DNA of 64,000 bases, from NCBI GenBank assembly GCA_029006345.1, contig JAQXGK010000032.1, positions 8,566-72,565 on the forward strand. Direction: 5' to 3'. This stretch comes from Bacillota bacterium (GTDB taxonomy: Bacteria > Bacillota > Clostridia > Oscillospirales > SIG627). Under the pieces are notes generated by a model, which made no database searches, had not been told where the DNA came from, and worked only from the letters and a program-made list of their open reading frames with translations. A program made the position numbers and the translations under genes. Positions 39,124 through 46,806 of the stretch are shown here, in pieces. Every line of letters begins with the position of its first letter. The stretch's first letter is position 1.

Positions 39124-40290
39124 ATGAATATTATCTACAATGCAAAGATTCTTACAATGGAAGAAAGCGAAACGGTAGACGGATATCTCTGTTGGGACAA
39201 CGGCACTATTTCGGATATCTGCGCGGGCGAGCCGCAAAAAAGCCTCATTAAGACGGCAGAAAGCGCTATAGACGCCCAGGGCGGCATCCTCATGCCCGGT
39301 CTTATAGACGCTCACACCCACATCGGCGGAATCGGCGATGCATTGGGCTTTGAATCCGATGACATTAACGAAGTCAACGACCCTATATGCCCTCAGCTCT
39401 CTGCTATCGACTGCATTAACCCACTTGACCGGTGCTTTACCGACGCCGTTAGAGCCGGTATAACTACCGTTTCTACCGGACCTGGCAGCGCCAACCCGAT
39501 AGCCGGTCGATTTGTCACCATAAAAACTGCCGGCAAACGAATTGATAATATGGTAATAAAAGCTCCGGGCGCCATGAAAATGGCACTGGGCGAAAATCCT
39601 AAGTCTTGTTACCATACTCATGATCAGTCCCCTGAGACGCGAATGTCGATTGCCGCTTTGATACGCGAGGCACTTTCTAAGGCAAAGCGCTACGGCGAAG
39701 ATATCAAAAGCGCAAAAGAAAATGAAGACGATTTGCCCGATTATGACGCAAAGTGCGAAGCGCTTCTTCCCTGCCTTGAGGGTAAGCTACCGGTGCATTT
39801 TCACGCCCACCGAGCCGATGATATTTTTACGGCGATTCGAATAGCAAATGAGTTTTCCCTCAAATATACCATAGTACATTGCACGGAGGGACACTTAGTC
39901 GCAGACGAACTCAAACAAGAAAATGTAAACGCTCTTGTGGGACCGATTATATGTGACAGAAGCAAGCCTGAGCTTGCCAATCTCAGCGTGCAAAATGCTT
40001 CGATACTTGCGGAAAACGGCATAAAGTTTGCAATTATATCCGACCATCCGGAGGTTCCCTGCTCTTATCTTCTGACAAGTGCGGCAATTGCGGTAAAAGC
40101 AGGCCTCGACAGATACGAAGCACTCAAAGCGCTGACAGTGAATCCTGCCGAAATTCTCGGCATTGACAGCAGAGTCGGTACGCTGCGGGCCGGCAAGGAC
40201 GCCGACATGGTTCTGTTCGACGGCGATCCTCTCGAAACCTTCTCACAAATTAAAGCTGTCTGGATTGACGGAAAAAAGCAGAATATATGA
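39124..40290 (+). CDS. amidohydrolase (metal-dependent, HxH type)
   Basis: ORF 38974..40290 was trimmed to ATG 39124 (MNIIYNAKIL), downstream of the divIC terminator. Has PGLIDAHTHIG and a GKDADMVLFDG C-terminal motif. Confidence 0.8.
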   Translation: MNIIYNAKILTMEESETVDGYLCWDNGTISDICAGEPQKSLIKTAESAIDAQGGILMPGLIDAHTHIGGIGDALGFESDDINEVNDPICPQLSAIDCINPLDRCFTDAVRAGITTVSTGPGSANPIAGRFVTIKTAGKRIDNMVIKAPGAMKMALGENPKSCYHTHDQSPETRMSIAALIREALSKAKRYGEDIKSAKENEDDLPDYDAKCEALLPCLEGKLPVHFHAHRADDIFTAIRIANEFSLKYTIVHCTEGHLVADELKQENVNALVGPIICDRSKPELANLSVQNASILAENGIKFAIISDHPEVPCSYLLTSAAIAVKAGLDRYEALKALTVNPAEILGIDSRVGTLRAGKDADMVLFDGDPLETFSQIKAVWIDGKKQNI

Positions 40291-40299
40291 GGATACATA

Positions 40300-41145
40300 A
40301 TGAGGATAATTAAAGAGAAGCAAATAACAAACGCCGTAAAAGATATGCTGATTACCGCCAACTATTCGCTCACCGACGATGTTAAGCGCTGTCTGCAAAT
40401 GCATGCTGACTCCGAAAGCTGCGGCACTGCAAAAAAAGTTCTTTCTCGTCTGTGTGAAAACCTCGATGTTGCAAAAGAACGCAATGTACCGATTTGTCAG
40501 GACACCGGGATGGCTGTTATATTTGCAGAGGTAGGAATGGATGTGAAAATCGAATCCGACAAATCCTTTGCGGAGATTATAGACCAAGCCGTGGCTGAGG
40601 CATATACCGACGGTTATCTAAGACTGTCTGTAGTGGGAGATCCGTTAAACAGAGTAAATACAAAGACAAATACGCCGGCTGTAGTCTACACCTCGCTGGT
40701 ACCTGGCGACAGTATAAGAATCACCGCCGCGCCCAAGGGCTTCGGCAGTGAAAACATGTCAAAAAGCAAAATGTTTACTCCGACCGCATCGCGCGACGAA
40801 ATAATCGGCTTCATTGTCGATACCGTAAAAACCGCAGGCAGCAATCCCTGCCCTCCCGTTGTGGTGGGTGTCGGTATAGGCGGAACATTCGACTACTCCG
40901 CCGTATTGGCAAAGAAAGCTCTGACAAGAAGTCTAGACAGCAAAAACAAAAACGAGTATTATGCCCAAATGGAAAAAGACGCTCTCGATAGAATAAATAA
41001 ACTCGGCATCGGCCCTCAGGGCTTCGGAGGAGATACAACGGCGCTCAAGGTAAATATTGAGTATTTTGCTACGCATATAGCAGGATTACCTGTGGCCGTC
41101 AATATAAACTGTCATGTTTGCAGACACAGAGAAATAATAATTTAA
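40300..41145 (+). CDS. Fe-S hydro-lyase (class I fumarate/tartrate dehydratase) alpha subunit
   Basis: 281 aa. PICQDTGMAV and VVVGVGIGGT motifs of the two-subunit FumA/TtdA type. Confidence 0.85.
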   Translation: MRIIKEKQITNAVKDMLITANYSLTDDVKRCLQMHADSESCGTAKKVLSRLCENLDVAKERNVPICQDTGMAVIFAEVGMDVKIESDKSFAEIIDQAVAEAYTDGYLRLSVVGDPLNRVNTKTNTPAVVYTSLVPGDSIRITAAPKGFGSENMSKSKMFTPTASRDEIIGFIVDTVKTAGSNPCPPVVVGVGIGGTFDYSAVLAKKALTRSLDSKNKNEYYAQMEKDALDRINKLGIGPQGFGGDTTALKVNIEYFATHIAGLPVAVNINCHVCRHREIII

Positions 41146-41264
41146 CAATATTTTCACATAATTTTCATTCTTATTGTTCCAATTTTCACAAATTCGTGTT
41201 ATCATATAATTGACAGCAAACAAAGTGTTATGTATGCTGTAAGTATTCAAAAGGGGCGAAAGTT

Positions 41265-41786
41265 ATGAACGAAAACTATGTTATCCACAAAATCACACTC
41301 ACCGACGACCTGAGAAACAAGATTTCAAAGAAACTCAAGCGCTTCGACCGTCTGTTTCCGGAGGATACCAAAATCAAAATTAAGCTTGAAAGTGCCGGAA
41401 ACGACGAGATAACCGAGCTGACCATCTTCGACAAAGACACTATATTCCGTGCAGAGGTCAAATCAGATTCGGTACTTACCGCCCTCGACGAGGCTATTGA
41501 TACAATCGAACGACAGATAAGAAAAAACAAAACAAAACTTGAAAAGAGGTTTCGCGGCGAGGGTACTAAGGAATTTTTCGACGAAGACTGCATTGAAGAG
41601 GAAGAATTCAGAATTACAAAGCACAAAAAGTTCGAATTCAACCCTATGACAGCCGAGGAGGCAATCCTTCAGATGAATCTGCTCGGACATCAATTCTATA
41701 TATTCAATGATATAGACACAAACGGTATATGCGTCGTATATAAAAAGAAAAATAATGAATACGGCATTATAGAAGAGGATAAATAA
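41265..41786 (+). CDS. hpf: ribosome hibernation promoting factor, long form
   Basis: 173 aa. N-terminal S30AE domain (ITLTDDLRNKISKKL) and a C-terminal dimerisation domain (KPMTAEEAILQMNLLGHQFYIF). Confidence 0.9.
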   Translation: MNENYVIHKITLTDDLRNKISKKLKRFDRLFPEDTKIKIKLESAGNDEITELTIFDKDTIFRAEVKSDSVLTALDEAIDTIERQIRKNKTKLEKRFRGEGTKEFFDEDCIEEEEFRITKHKKFEFNPMTAEEAILQMNLLGHQFYIFNDIDTNGICVVYKKKNNEYGIIEEDK

Positions 41787-41792
41787 CAACTA

Positions 41793-41832
41793 ACAGAGCT
41801 TCGGTGCTATCAGCACCGAAGCTCTGTCTTTT
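41793..41832. terminator. bidirectional terminator hairpin (hpf / lipid kinase convergent pair)
   Basis: 16-bp perfect stem ACAGAGCTTCGGTGCT/AGCACCGAAGCTCTGT with a 3-nt loop. T-rich on the + side. The stop codon of the minus-strand gene lies in the loop. Confidence 0.75.
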
Positions 41833-42742
41833 CCGGAAGTATTATTTTGAGTGATTTAGGCACAACTCTCATTGAAGGGTTATGCAAAACAAAGGTTTCG
41901 CCGTCAACATTAACTACAAGCGGCTTTTCGGAAAGAAACTGAACCGATTTGCAGCGCGTAAACCTAACTTCATCGAGAGCTATATGTTCGCCGCGTCTGA
42001 ATTTTGCGACAAAACGCGAAAAGAACAGCCGTGATACATGCGGTATTCGCACAAAATCAAGCAATCCGTCGTCATCAACGGCCAAAGGTGTTACCTTAAA
42101 ACCGCCGCCGTAATACTGTTTATTCCCGATTGCGGCAAGTAAATACGGTCCCTCCCCTATTATCGGGTTACCGTCCACAACCGGTATAAAGCTGTGCTTC
42201 ATTTTATCTATTATACTAAGAGCGCAAGACAGCTTGTAGGCATTTCCTCCGCCGACAACCGGCAGTTTCTTAACAGAAGTCATACGACGGTTTACATGGG
42301 CATCGAAGCCGACAGAAGTGACATTGATACTGATATGACCGTTCACATCTATTGTATCAATAGCACGGGCTTCTCCCCTTATCATACGCTGAATATCAAG
42401 AAAATCCGATGCATTATACTCCTCAAAGCCGCGTATAAAATCGTTGCCGGAGCCGATCGGGATTGGTCCGACGCTGCAATGCTTGTATTTGAATACTCCG
42501 TTTACAACCTCGTAAAGCGTACCGTCGCCGCCGCAGGCATAAATTCTCAGCTCCTCCTGCGACCGGCAGGCATAACTCTCGGCGATGCTGCCCGCCTCGC
42601 CCGGCCGAGCGGTAATCTCTACCGCATATCCGCCGGAAAAATTAAGAGAATTGATTTTTTGACAAATCTCTCTTGTTCTGTTGCGATTGCCCGCAGCGGG
42701 ATTTACAATGAATAAATGTTTTACAGCTTTGTTTCGGTTCAT
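41810..42742 (-). CDS. diacylglycerol/lipid kinase family protein (YegS/BmrU type)
   Basis: 310 aa. NPAAGN and CGGDGTLYEV motifs. Confidence 0.85.
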   Translation of the reverse strand: MNRNKAVKHLFIVNPAAGNRNRTREICQKINSLNFSGGYAVEITARPGEAGSIAESYACRSQEELRIYACGGDGTLYEVVNGVFKYKHCSVGPIPIGSGNDFIRGFEEYNASDFLDIQRMIRGEARAIDTIDVNGHISINVTSVGFDAHVNRRMTSVKKLPVVGGGNAYKLSCALSIIDKMKHSFIPVVDGNPIIGEGPYLLAAIGNKQYYGGGFKVTPLAVDDDGLLDFVRIPHVSRLFFSRFVAKFRRGEHIALDEVRFTRCKSVQFLSEKPLVVNVDGETFVLHNPSMRVVPKSLKIILPEKTELRC

Positions 42743-42750
42743 TTGTTCTC

Positions 42751-43983
42751 TTATTTAATAATAAAACTGTCAATCAACTTATATCCGGGATCAATATATA
42801 AACCTGTTGTTTCCGCTGTCTTTTCACAGTAATTTTCAATTCCGGAGTCTAACAGCTCTTGATTATCAAAGATAACGAACGGAACCGGCTCATGCGTGTG
42901 CGTCCTGCGTGAAACCGGAGTAGGATGGTCGGGCATTAAAAGTATTCTGTAATGCTCGCCTGTGGAATCAAGGTAATCCTTGACATGTTTCAAAATCAGC
43001 TTATCAATATTCTGTATAGCCTCAATTTTCTCCTTTAGCTCACCGTGATGTCCGCACTCATCCGGGCCTTCGACATGAACATATACAAAGTCGCTGCCGT
43101 TTTTGAAGGCATCAACCGCCGCCTGCGCCTTTCCGGCATAGTTTGTATTCAGGGTTCCGGTAGCGCCCTCGACGTCTATTGAATTCATACCCGCACAAAT
43201 ACCTATCCCTTTGATCAGGTCGACAGCCGAAATAACAGCAGCGTTCAGACCGAATCGCCGGTTGAAATTGGCTAAAGCGGGCTTTTTGCCGGGGCTCCAC
43301 AGCCACAAAGAATTGGCAGGGTTGAGTCCGCGGCTTCTGCGGCTGATATTGACAGGGTGGTTTTCAAGTATATCATAGCTCTTCTCAAACAGCACACGGT
43401 ACTTATCGCCCACATCACCCGCAGGAAGATAATCTTTGATGCATCTGTTTATAATGTCATGGGGTCGGGAAAAGTCGTATATGCGCTCGTTGACATCGCT
43501 GCCCGGCGCATTTGCCCACAAAAGACAGTGACGGTAGCTTATACCGGTATAAAAATGTCTGAGTTCGTTTCCCAGCTCTTTTTCAAGCGTCTTAATAAGC
43601 TCATCAGCCTCATCAGTGGTAATGTCACCCGAGCTGTGGTCGAGCATTATTCTGTCTTCGTATTTACAGTCTCCTTCGCTCAGGGTGACCAGATTGCATC
43701 TGAAGGCAGTCTGCTCTGGCGTCATTTCAAGGCCGATGCTGACTGCTTCGAGCGGCGAGCGCCCCTTTGAATAAATGAGCGGATCGTAACCCATGACCGC
43801 TAAATTCGCCGTATCGCTCTCCGGCACCATTTCCGGCGGCACTGTAAGGCACTTACCTACTGTGCCGTGGGCAGAAAGATAATTCATTGTAGGCTTATCG
43901 GCAGCTTCGAGCGGAGTTTTGCCGCCGATTTCGTCGCAGGGATAATCAGCCATGCCGTCGCCCAGCATCACGAAATACTTCAT
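42751..43983 (-). CDS. apgM: cofactor-independent phosphoglycerate mutase family, archaeal type (also proposed as an alternative homoserine kinase)
   Basis: 410 aa. MKYFVMLGDGMADYP...GKTPLE...ESDTANL and DHPTP motifs. Confidence 0.8.
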   Translation of the reverse strand: MKYFVMLGDGMADYPCDEIGGKTPLEAADKPTMNYLSAHGTVGKCLTVPPEMVPESDTANLAVMGYDPLIYSKGRSPLEAVSIGLEMTPEQTAFRCNLVTLSEGDCKYEDRIMLDHSSGDITTDEADELIKTLEKELGNELRHFYTGISYRHCLLWANAPGSDVNERIYDFSRPHDIINRCIKDYLPAGDVGDKYRVLFEKSYDILENHPVNISRRSRGLNPANSLWLWSPGKKPALANFNRRFGLNAAVISAVDLIKGIGICAGMNSIDVEGATGTLNTNYAGKAQAAVDAFKNGSDFVYVHVEGPDECGHHGELKEKIEAIQNIDKLILKHVKDYLDSTGEHYRILLMPDHPTPVSRRTHTHEPVPFVIFDNQELLDSGIENYCEKTAETTGLYIDPGYKLIDSFIIK

Positions 43984-43999
43984 AGTTTATTCATCCTTT

Positions 44000-44593
44000 T
44001 TAATTAATATCGACTATATTCAATATTTTCAGTTCTCCTTCCGTCTCTCCGACAAGAAAATGCTGCGGAATTACAGCGTCGCTCGGAAGATCGGCGCGGA
44101 AGGTGCCGTTGTTGTACATTATTTTATATCGTACAATAAAATCCTTAACCTTAATATTCTCGCCTTTATACTCAAGCTCGAGATCCTCGACATAAGAAAC
44201 CTCTATGTCGTAAAGCTTCTGCATGGTGAATTTTTCGGGGGCAGGATTCTTATCGGTGAAATAATCAGACGCAATATAGCTTATATACTGCTGCGCGTCC
44301 CCATGCTTAATGCTGTCAAAAAATCTGTAGAAAAGCTTTCCGTATTCATCGGCGCTATCGTAATTGTTGCTGTCAAGCAATACGGAATATCCGCTTTCTA
44401 TATACTTAACATCGGTCACCTTATCGGTATATGCAGAATTTTCGAATATATCCTCGTCATAATCCGCCGGATACAGAAAGACCTCGCCGTCGTCATTTTC
44501 GCTGTAGCCGTCATTGTCAGAGCAAGCGCAAAACGACAGCATTGTAATCGCCGCGAGAACAAGAATCAACACCGAACACAATAGCTTTTTCAT
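44000..44593 (-). CDS. lipoprotein, unknown function
   Basis: Signal peptide plus lipobox (SFCAC). Begins 7 nt downstream of scfB. The antisense ORF 43952..44584 was rejected. Confidence 0.65.
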   Translation of the reverse strand: MKKLLCSVLILVLAAITMLSFCACSDNDGYSENDDGEVFLYPADYDEDIFENSAYTDKVTDVKYIESGYSVLLDSNNYDSADEYGKLFYRFFDSIKHGDAQQYISYIASDYFTDKNPAPEKFTMQKLYDIEVSYVEDLELEYKGENIKVKDFIVRYKIMYNNGTFRADLPSDAVIPQHFLVGETEGELKILNIVDIN

Positions 44594-44599
44594 AATTAA

Positions 44600-46000
44600 T
44601 CAGTTCCTTGAGAAGCTCTCAGCCGCCTTAACGAGAATAGCGCACTCGACGCGCTTGCGTTCAAGCTGACATCCAATCTCGTACGGCTTCTCAATATCCT
44701 TATTAAACTTATAGTTATTTGCACGGCATCCGCCGCCGCAGAAAAATCTTGCCCAGCACTTACTGCATTCGGGATTTTCAGTAACCGCGCTGTGTGAGAA
44801 CTTTCTTCTTATATTTTCGTCAAGCTTGCCGTCAAAAATATTACCCATCCTAAAATCAGTATCCCCGGCGAACTGATGGCACGGATAAATATCGCCGTTG
44901 GGAGTGATGGAAATATACTCGGTGCCGGAGCCGCAGCCCTTAATTTTCTTATATACGCAGGGTCCCTCATCCAAATCTATCATAAAGTGGAAGAAGGTAA
45001 AAGGATGTGCGTCTATAAGCTTACTGCCGTCGCAGTCACGTTTGATAATCTCCTTGGCAAGGCGCTCGTATTCGAGACATATTTTACGGACGTCCTTCTT
45101 GCGGATAGAATTTTCGTCGTTCTCATCCAGCACAACCGGCTCCACCGAAATTCTGTCGAAGCCTTCTGCCGCAAGACTTAAAACATCCTGTGTAAAATCA
45201 AGATTCTTTCTCGTAAAGGTCCCGCGGACAAAGTAATCCTTGCCTCCGCGCTCCTCAACAAATTTCTTGAAATTCGGCATTATGACGTCATAACTTCCGC
45301 TGCCGTCTTCCATTGGACGCATAGCGTCGTTCACTTCCCGGCGCCCGTCAACAGAAAGAATGACATTGGACATCTCATCGTTGAGAAGCTTTCGCTCCTG
45401 CTCCCCGAGGAGAACACCGTTTGTCGTGGTTGTAAAACGAATATTCTTGCCGTATTTCTTTTCCTCGGTTCTGCCGTATTCCACCAGCTTCTTTACGACA
45501 TCAAAATTCATAAGCGGTTCGCCGCCGAAAAAGTCAATCTCAAGATTTTTAATATTCATCGAGCGTTCGAGCAAAAAGTCTATTGCCTTTTTTCCGACCT
45601 CGAGACTCATAAGACTGCGGTCGCGGTTATAGCTGCCCTTGGAGGCGAAGCAATATTCACAGCGCATATTGCAGTCATGTGCGATATGAAGACACAGGGA
45701 CTTTATCGGCATTCGGTCATAATCGATCTTTGCCTTATCAAGCTCAGGCAGCTCGGAAAACAGCATTTTGTCCTTGTAGAGAGCAAGTATCTCGTTATAT
45801 GCATCGTGGATGAGGTCCTTATTGTAATTGGACAGCTCCTCGCAATTTTCAATTCGCTCCGGCACCTCGTCTTCAAGGGGAAGCGTCAGCATACCTGTCA
45901 TAATATAGACAAGATCGTTCACAATGTGAACGCAATTTGAATTTACATCAAGAATAATATTATAGCCGCACATTTTATAGCGGTGAATGAGTCTGTCCAT
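44600..46000 (-). CDS. scfB: radical SAM/SPASM SCIFF peptide maturase
   Basis: 466 aa. N-terminus HRYKMCGYNIILDVNSNCVHIV, CNMRCEYC cluster, and C-terminal SPASM cysteines (CSKCWARFFCGGGC). Lies directly downstream of a SCIFF precursor. Confidence 0.9.
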   Translation of the reverse strand: MDRLIHRYKMCGYNIILDVNSNCVHIVNDLVYIMTGMLTLPLEDEVPERIENCEELSNYNKDLIHDAYNEILALYKDKMLFSELPELDKAKIDYDRMPIKSLCLHIAHDCNMRCEYCFASKGSYNRDRSLMSLEVGKKAIDFLLERSMNIKNLEIDFFGGEPLMNFDVVKKLVEYGRTEEKKYGKNIRFTTTTNGVLLGEQERKLLNDEMSNVILSVDGRREVNDAMRPMEDGSGSYDVIMPNFKKFVEERGGKDYFVRGTFTRKNLDFTQDVLSLAAEGFDRISVEPVVLDENDENSIRKKDVRKICLEYERLAKEIIKRDCDGSKLIDAHPFTFFHFMIDLDEGPCVYKKIKGCGSGTEYISITPNGDIYPCHQFAGDTDFRMGNIFDGKLDENIRRKFSHSAVTENPECSKCWARFFCGGGCRANNYKFNKDIEKPYEIGCQLERKRVECAILVKAAESFSRN

Positions 46001-46021
46001 TTAATTTAACCGTCCTTACAC

Positions 46022-46057
46022 AAAAAAGTAACGGGGGTATGGTCCGTCCACACCCCC
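46022..46057 (-). terminator. intercistronic attenuator/terminator between scfA and scfB
   Basis: Reverse-strand GGGGGUGUGG-acgga-CCAUACCCCC (10 bp, including one G-U pair) followed by GUUACUUUUUU. Confidence 0.7.
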
Positions 46058-46071
46058 GCCAAAGTAAAACA

Positions 46072-46221
46072 TCAGTTCTTAGAATCTTTTTCGCACTTCT
46101 GATTTGCTACAGTGCAGGAAGTCTTGCAGGCTGACTGGCAGGAAGCCTGGCACTCACCGCATCCGCAGGTCTTAACATTTGCTTCGGATTTCTTAGAGTT
46201 GATTGTAATAATATTCTTCAA
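46072..46221 (-). CDS. scfA: SCIFF (six-cysteines-in-forty-five) ribosomal peptide precursor
   Basis: 49-aa ORF below the track cutoff. TTG start 8 nt after GAAGGGG. Translation: (M)KNIITINSKKSEANVKTCGCGECQASCQSACKTSCTVANQKCEKDSKN. Confidence 0.85.
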   Translation of the reverse strand: MKNIITINSKKSEANVKTCGCGECQASCQSACKTSCTVANQKCEKDSKN

Positions 46222-46249
46222 CGGTATCACCCCTTCTTTTATTAGTCAT

Positions 46250-46278
46250 ATATTATCACATAACAAGACAAAAATCAA
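46250..46278 (-). promoter_or_regulatory. candidate sigma-A promoter of scfA
   Basis: TTGATT-17 nt-TAATAT with TGa upstream of the -10, about 30 nt upstream of the scfA start. Confidence 0.5.
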
Positions 46279-46295
46279 TATGAAAAGAACAAAAA

Positions 46296-46748
46296 CTAAT
46301 ATTTTTTACGGCTTACATTTACTCTGCCCTTGCCCATGCGTTTTTTCTTAACTTTTCCGGCCTTAATCTTTGAAAGCAAAACGCCGATAATACTTGCTGC
46401 GGGAACCAGTGCAAGTCGCAGAATTATTGATTCAACGGCCGCCCGGCTGCCGCATATGAGCGATACCGCCAGCAAAACAAAGTCAAAAAACGTTCCGCAA
46501 ACAACCGCGTCAAAAAAGGGTTTGTCGTTTTTACGAAACATAAAAAACGACACGTCGAGCGCCACAAAGCAAATCGTCAGAGTGGCAATTATGTCAAAAC
46601 TGTTCTCTATCCGCACAAGCTTTACCGCAACGGCTGCAACAATCGCAAAAACTATTATAGAAAACGAAAAACAGAAAAAGGAAAACAGCAGAAGCTTTTT
46701 AACAACTCCGGAAATACCGTTTTCCTCTTTTCTTTTTAATGCTTGCAC
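46296..46748 (-). CDS. small 4-TM membrane protein with a Lys/Arg-rich C-terminus
   Basis: 150 aa. GTG start 7 nt after AAGGAGA. Four hydrophobic helices. Co-directional with its neighbours. The equal-length antisense ORF (46330..46782) was rejected. Confidence 0.6.
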   Translation of the reverse strand: MQALKRKEENGISGVVKKLLLFSFFCFSFSIIVFAIVAAVAVKLVRIENSFDIIATLTICFVALDVSFFMFRKNDKPFFDAVVCGTFFDFVLLAVSLICGSRAAVESIILRLALVPAASIIGVLLSKIKAGKVKKKRMGKGRVNVSRKKY

Positions 46749-46806
46749 CTTAATATCTCCTTTACAAATATTATCTTTGTAAAAAGATATTCGTGCGATA
46801 AATGAA

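Noticed and set aside
43952-44584. 210-aa plus-strand ORF overlapping the minus-strand lipoprotein ORF (44000..44593).
   Set aside because: The minus-strand product has a signal peptide and lipobox and is co-directional with scfB, starting 7 nt after it. The plus-strand product is Ile/Arg/Val-rich with no start context.
46330-46782. 150-aa plus-strand ORF of the same length as the minus-strand membrane-protein ORF (46296..46748).
   Set aside because: The minus-strand ORF has AAGGAGA 7 nt before its GTG start and four clean hydrophobic helices. The plus-strand translation is Ser/Thr-rich, as is typical of the antisense of a membrane gene.
46749-46806. AU-rich hairpin (UUUACAAA/UUUGUAAA, possibly extended by AUCU/AGAU) whose 3' arm abuts the SD of the small membrane-protein gene downstream of the giant gene.
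   Set aside because: The stem is entirely A/U and short. It is too weak to call a terminator or a translational switch without structure probing.
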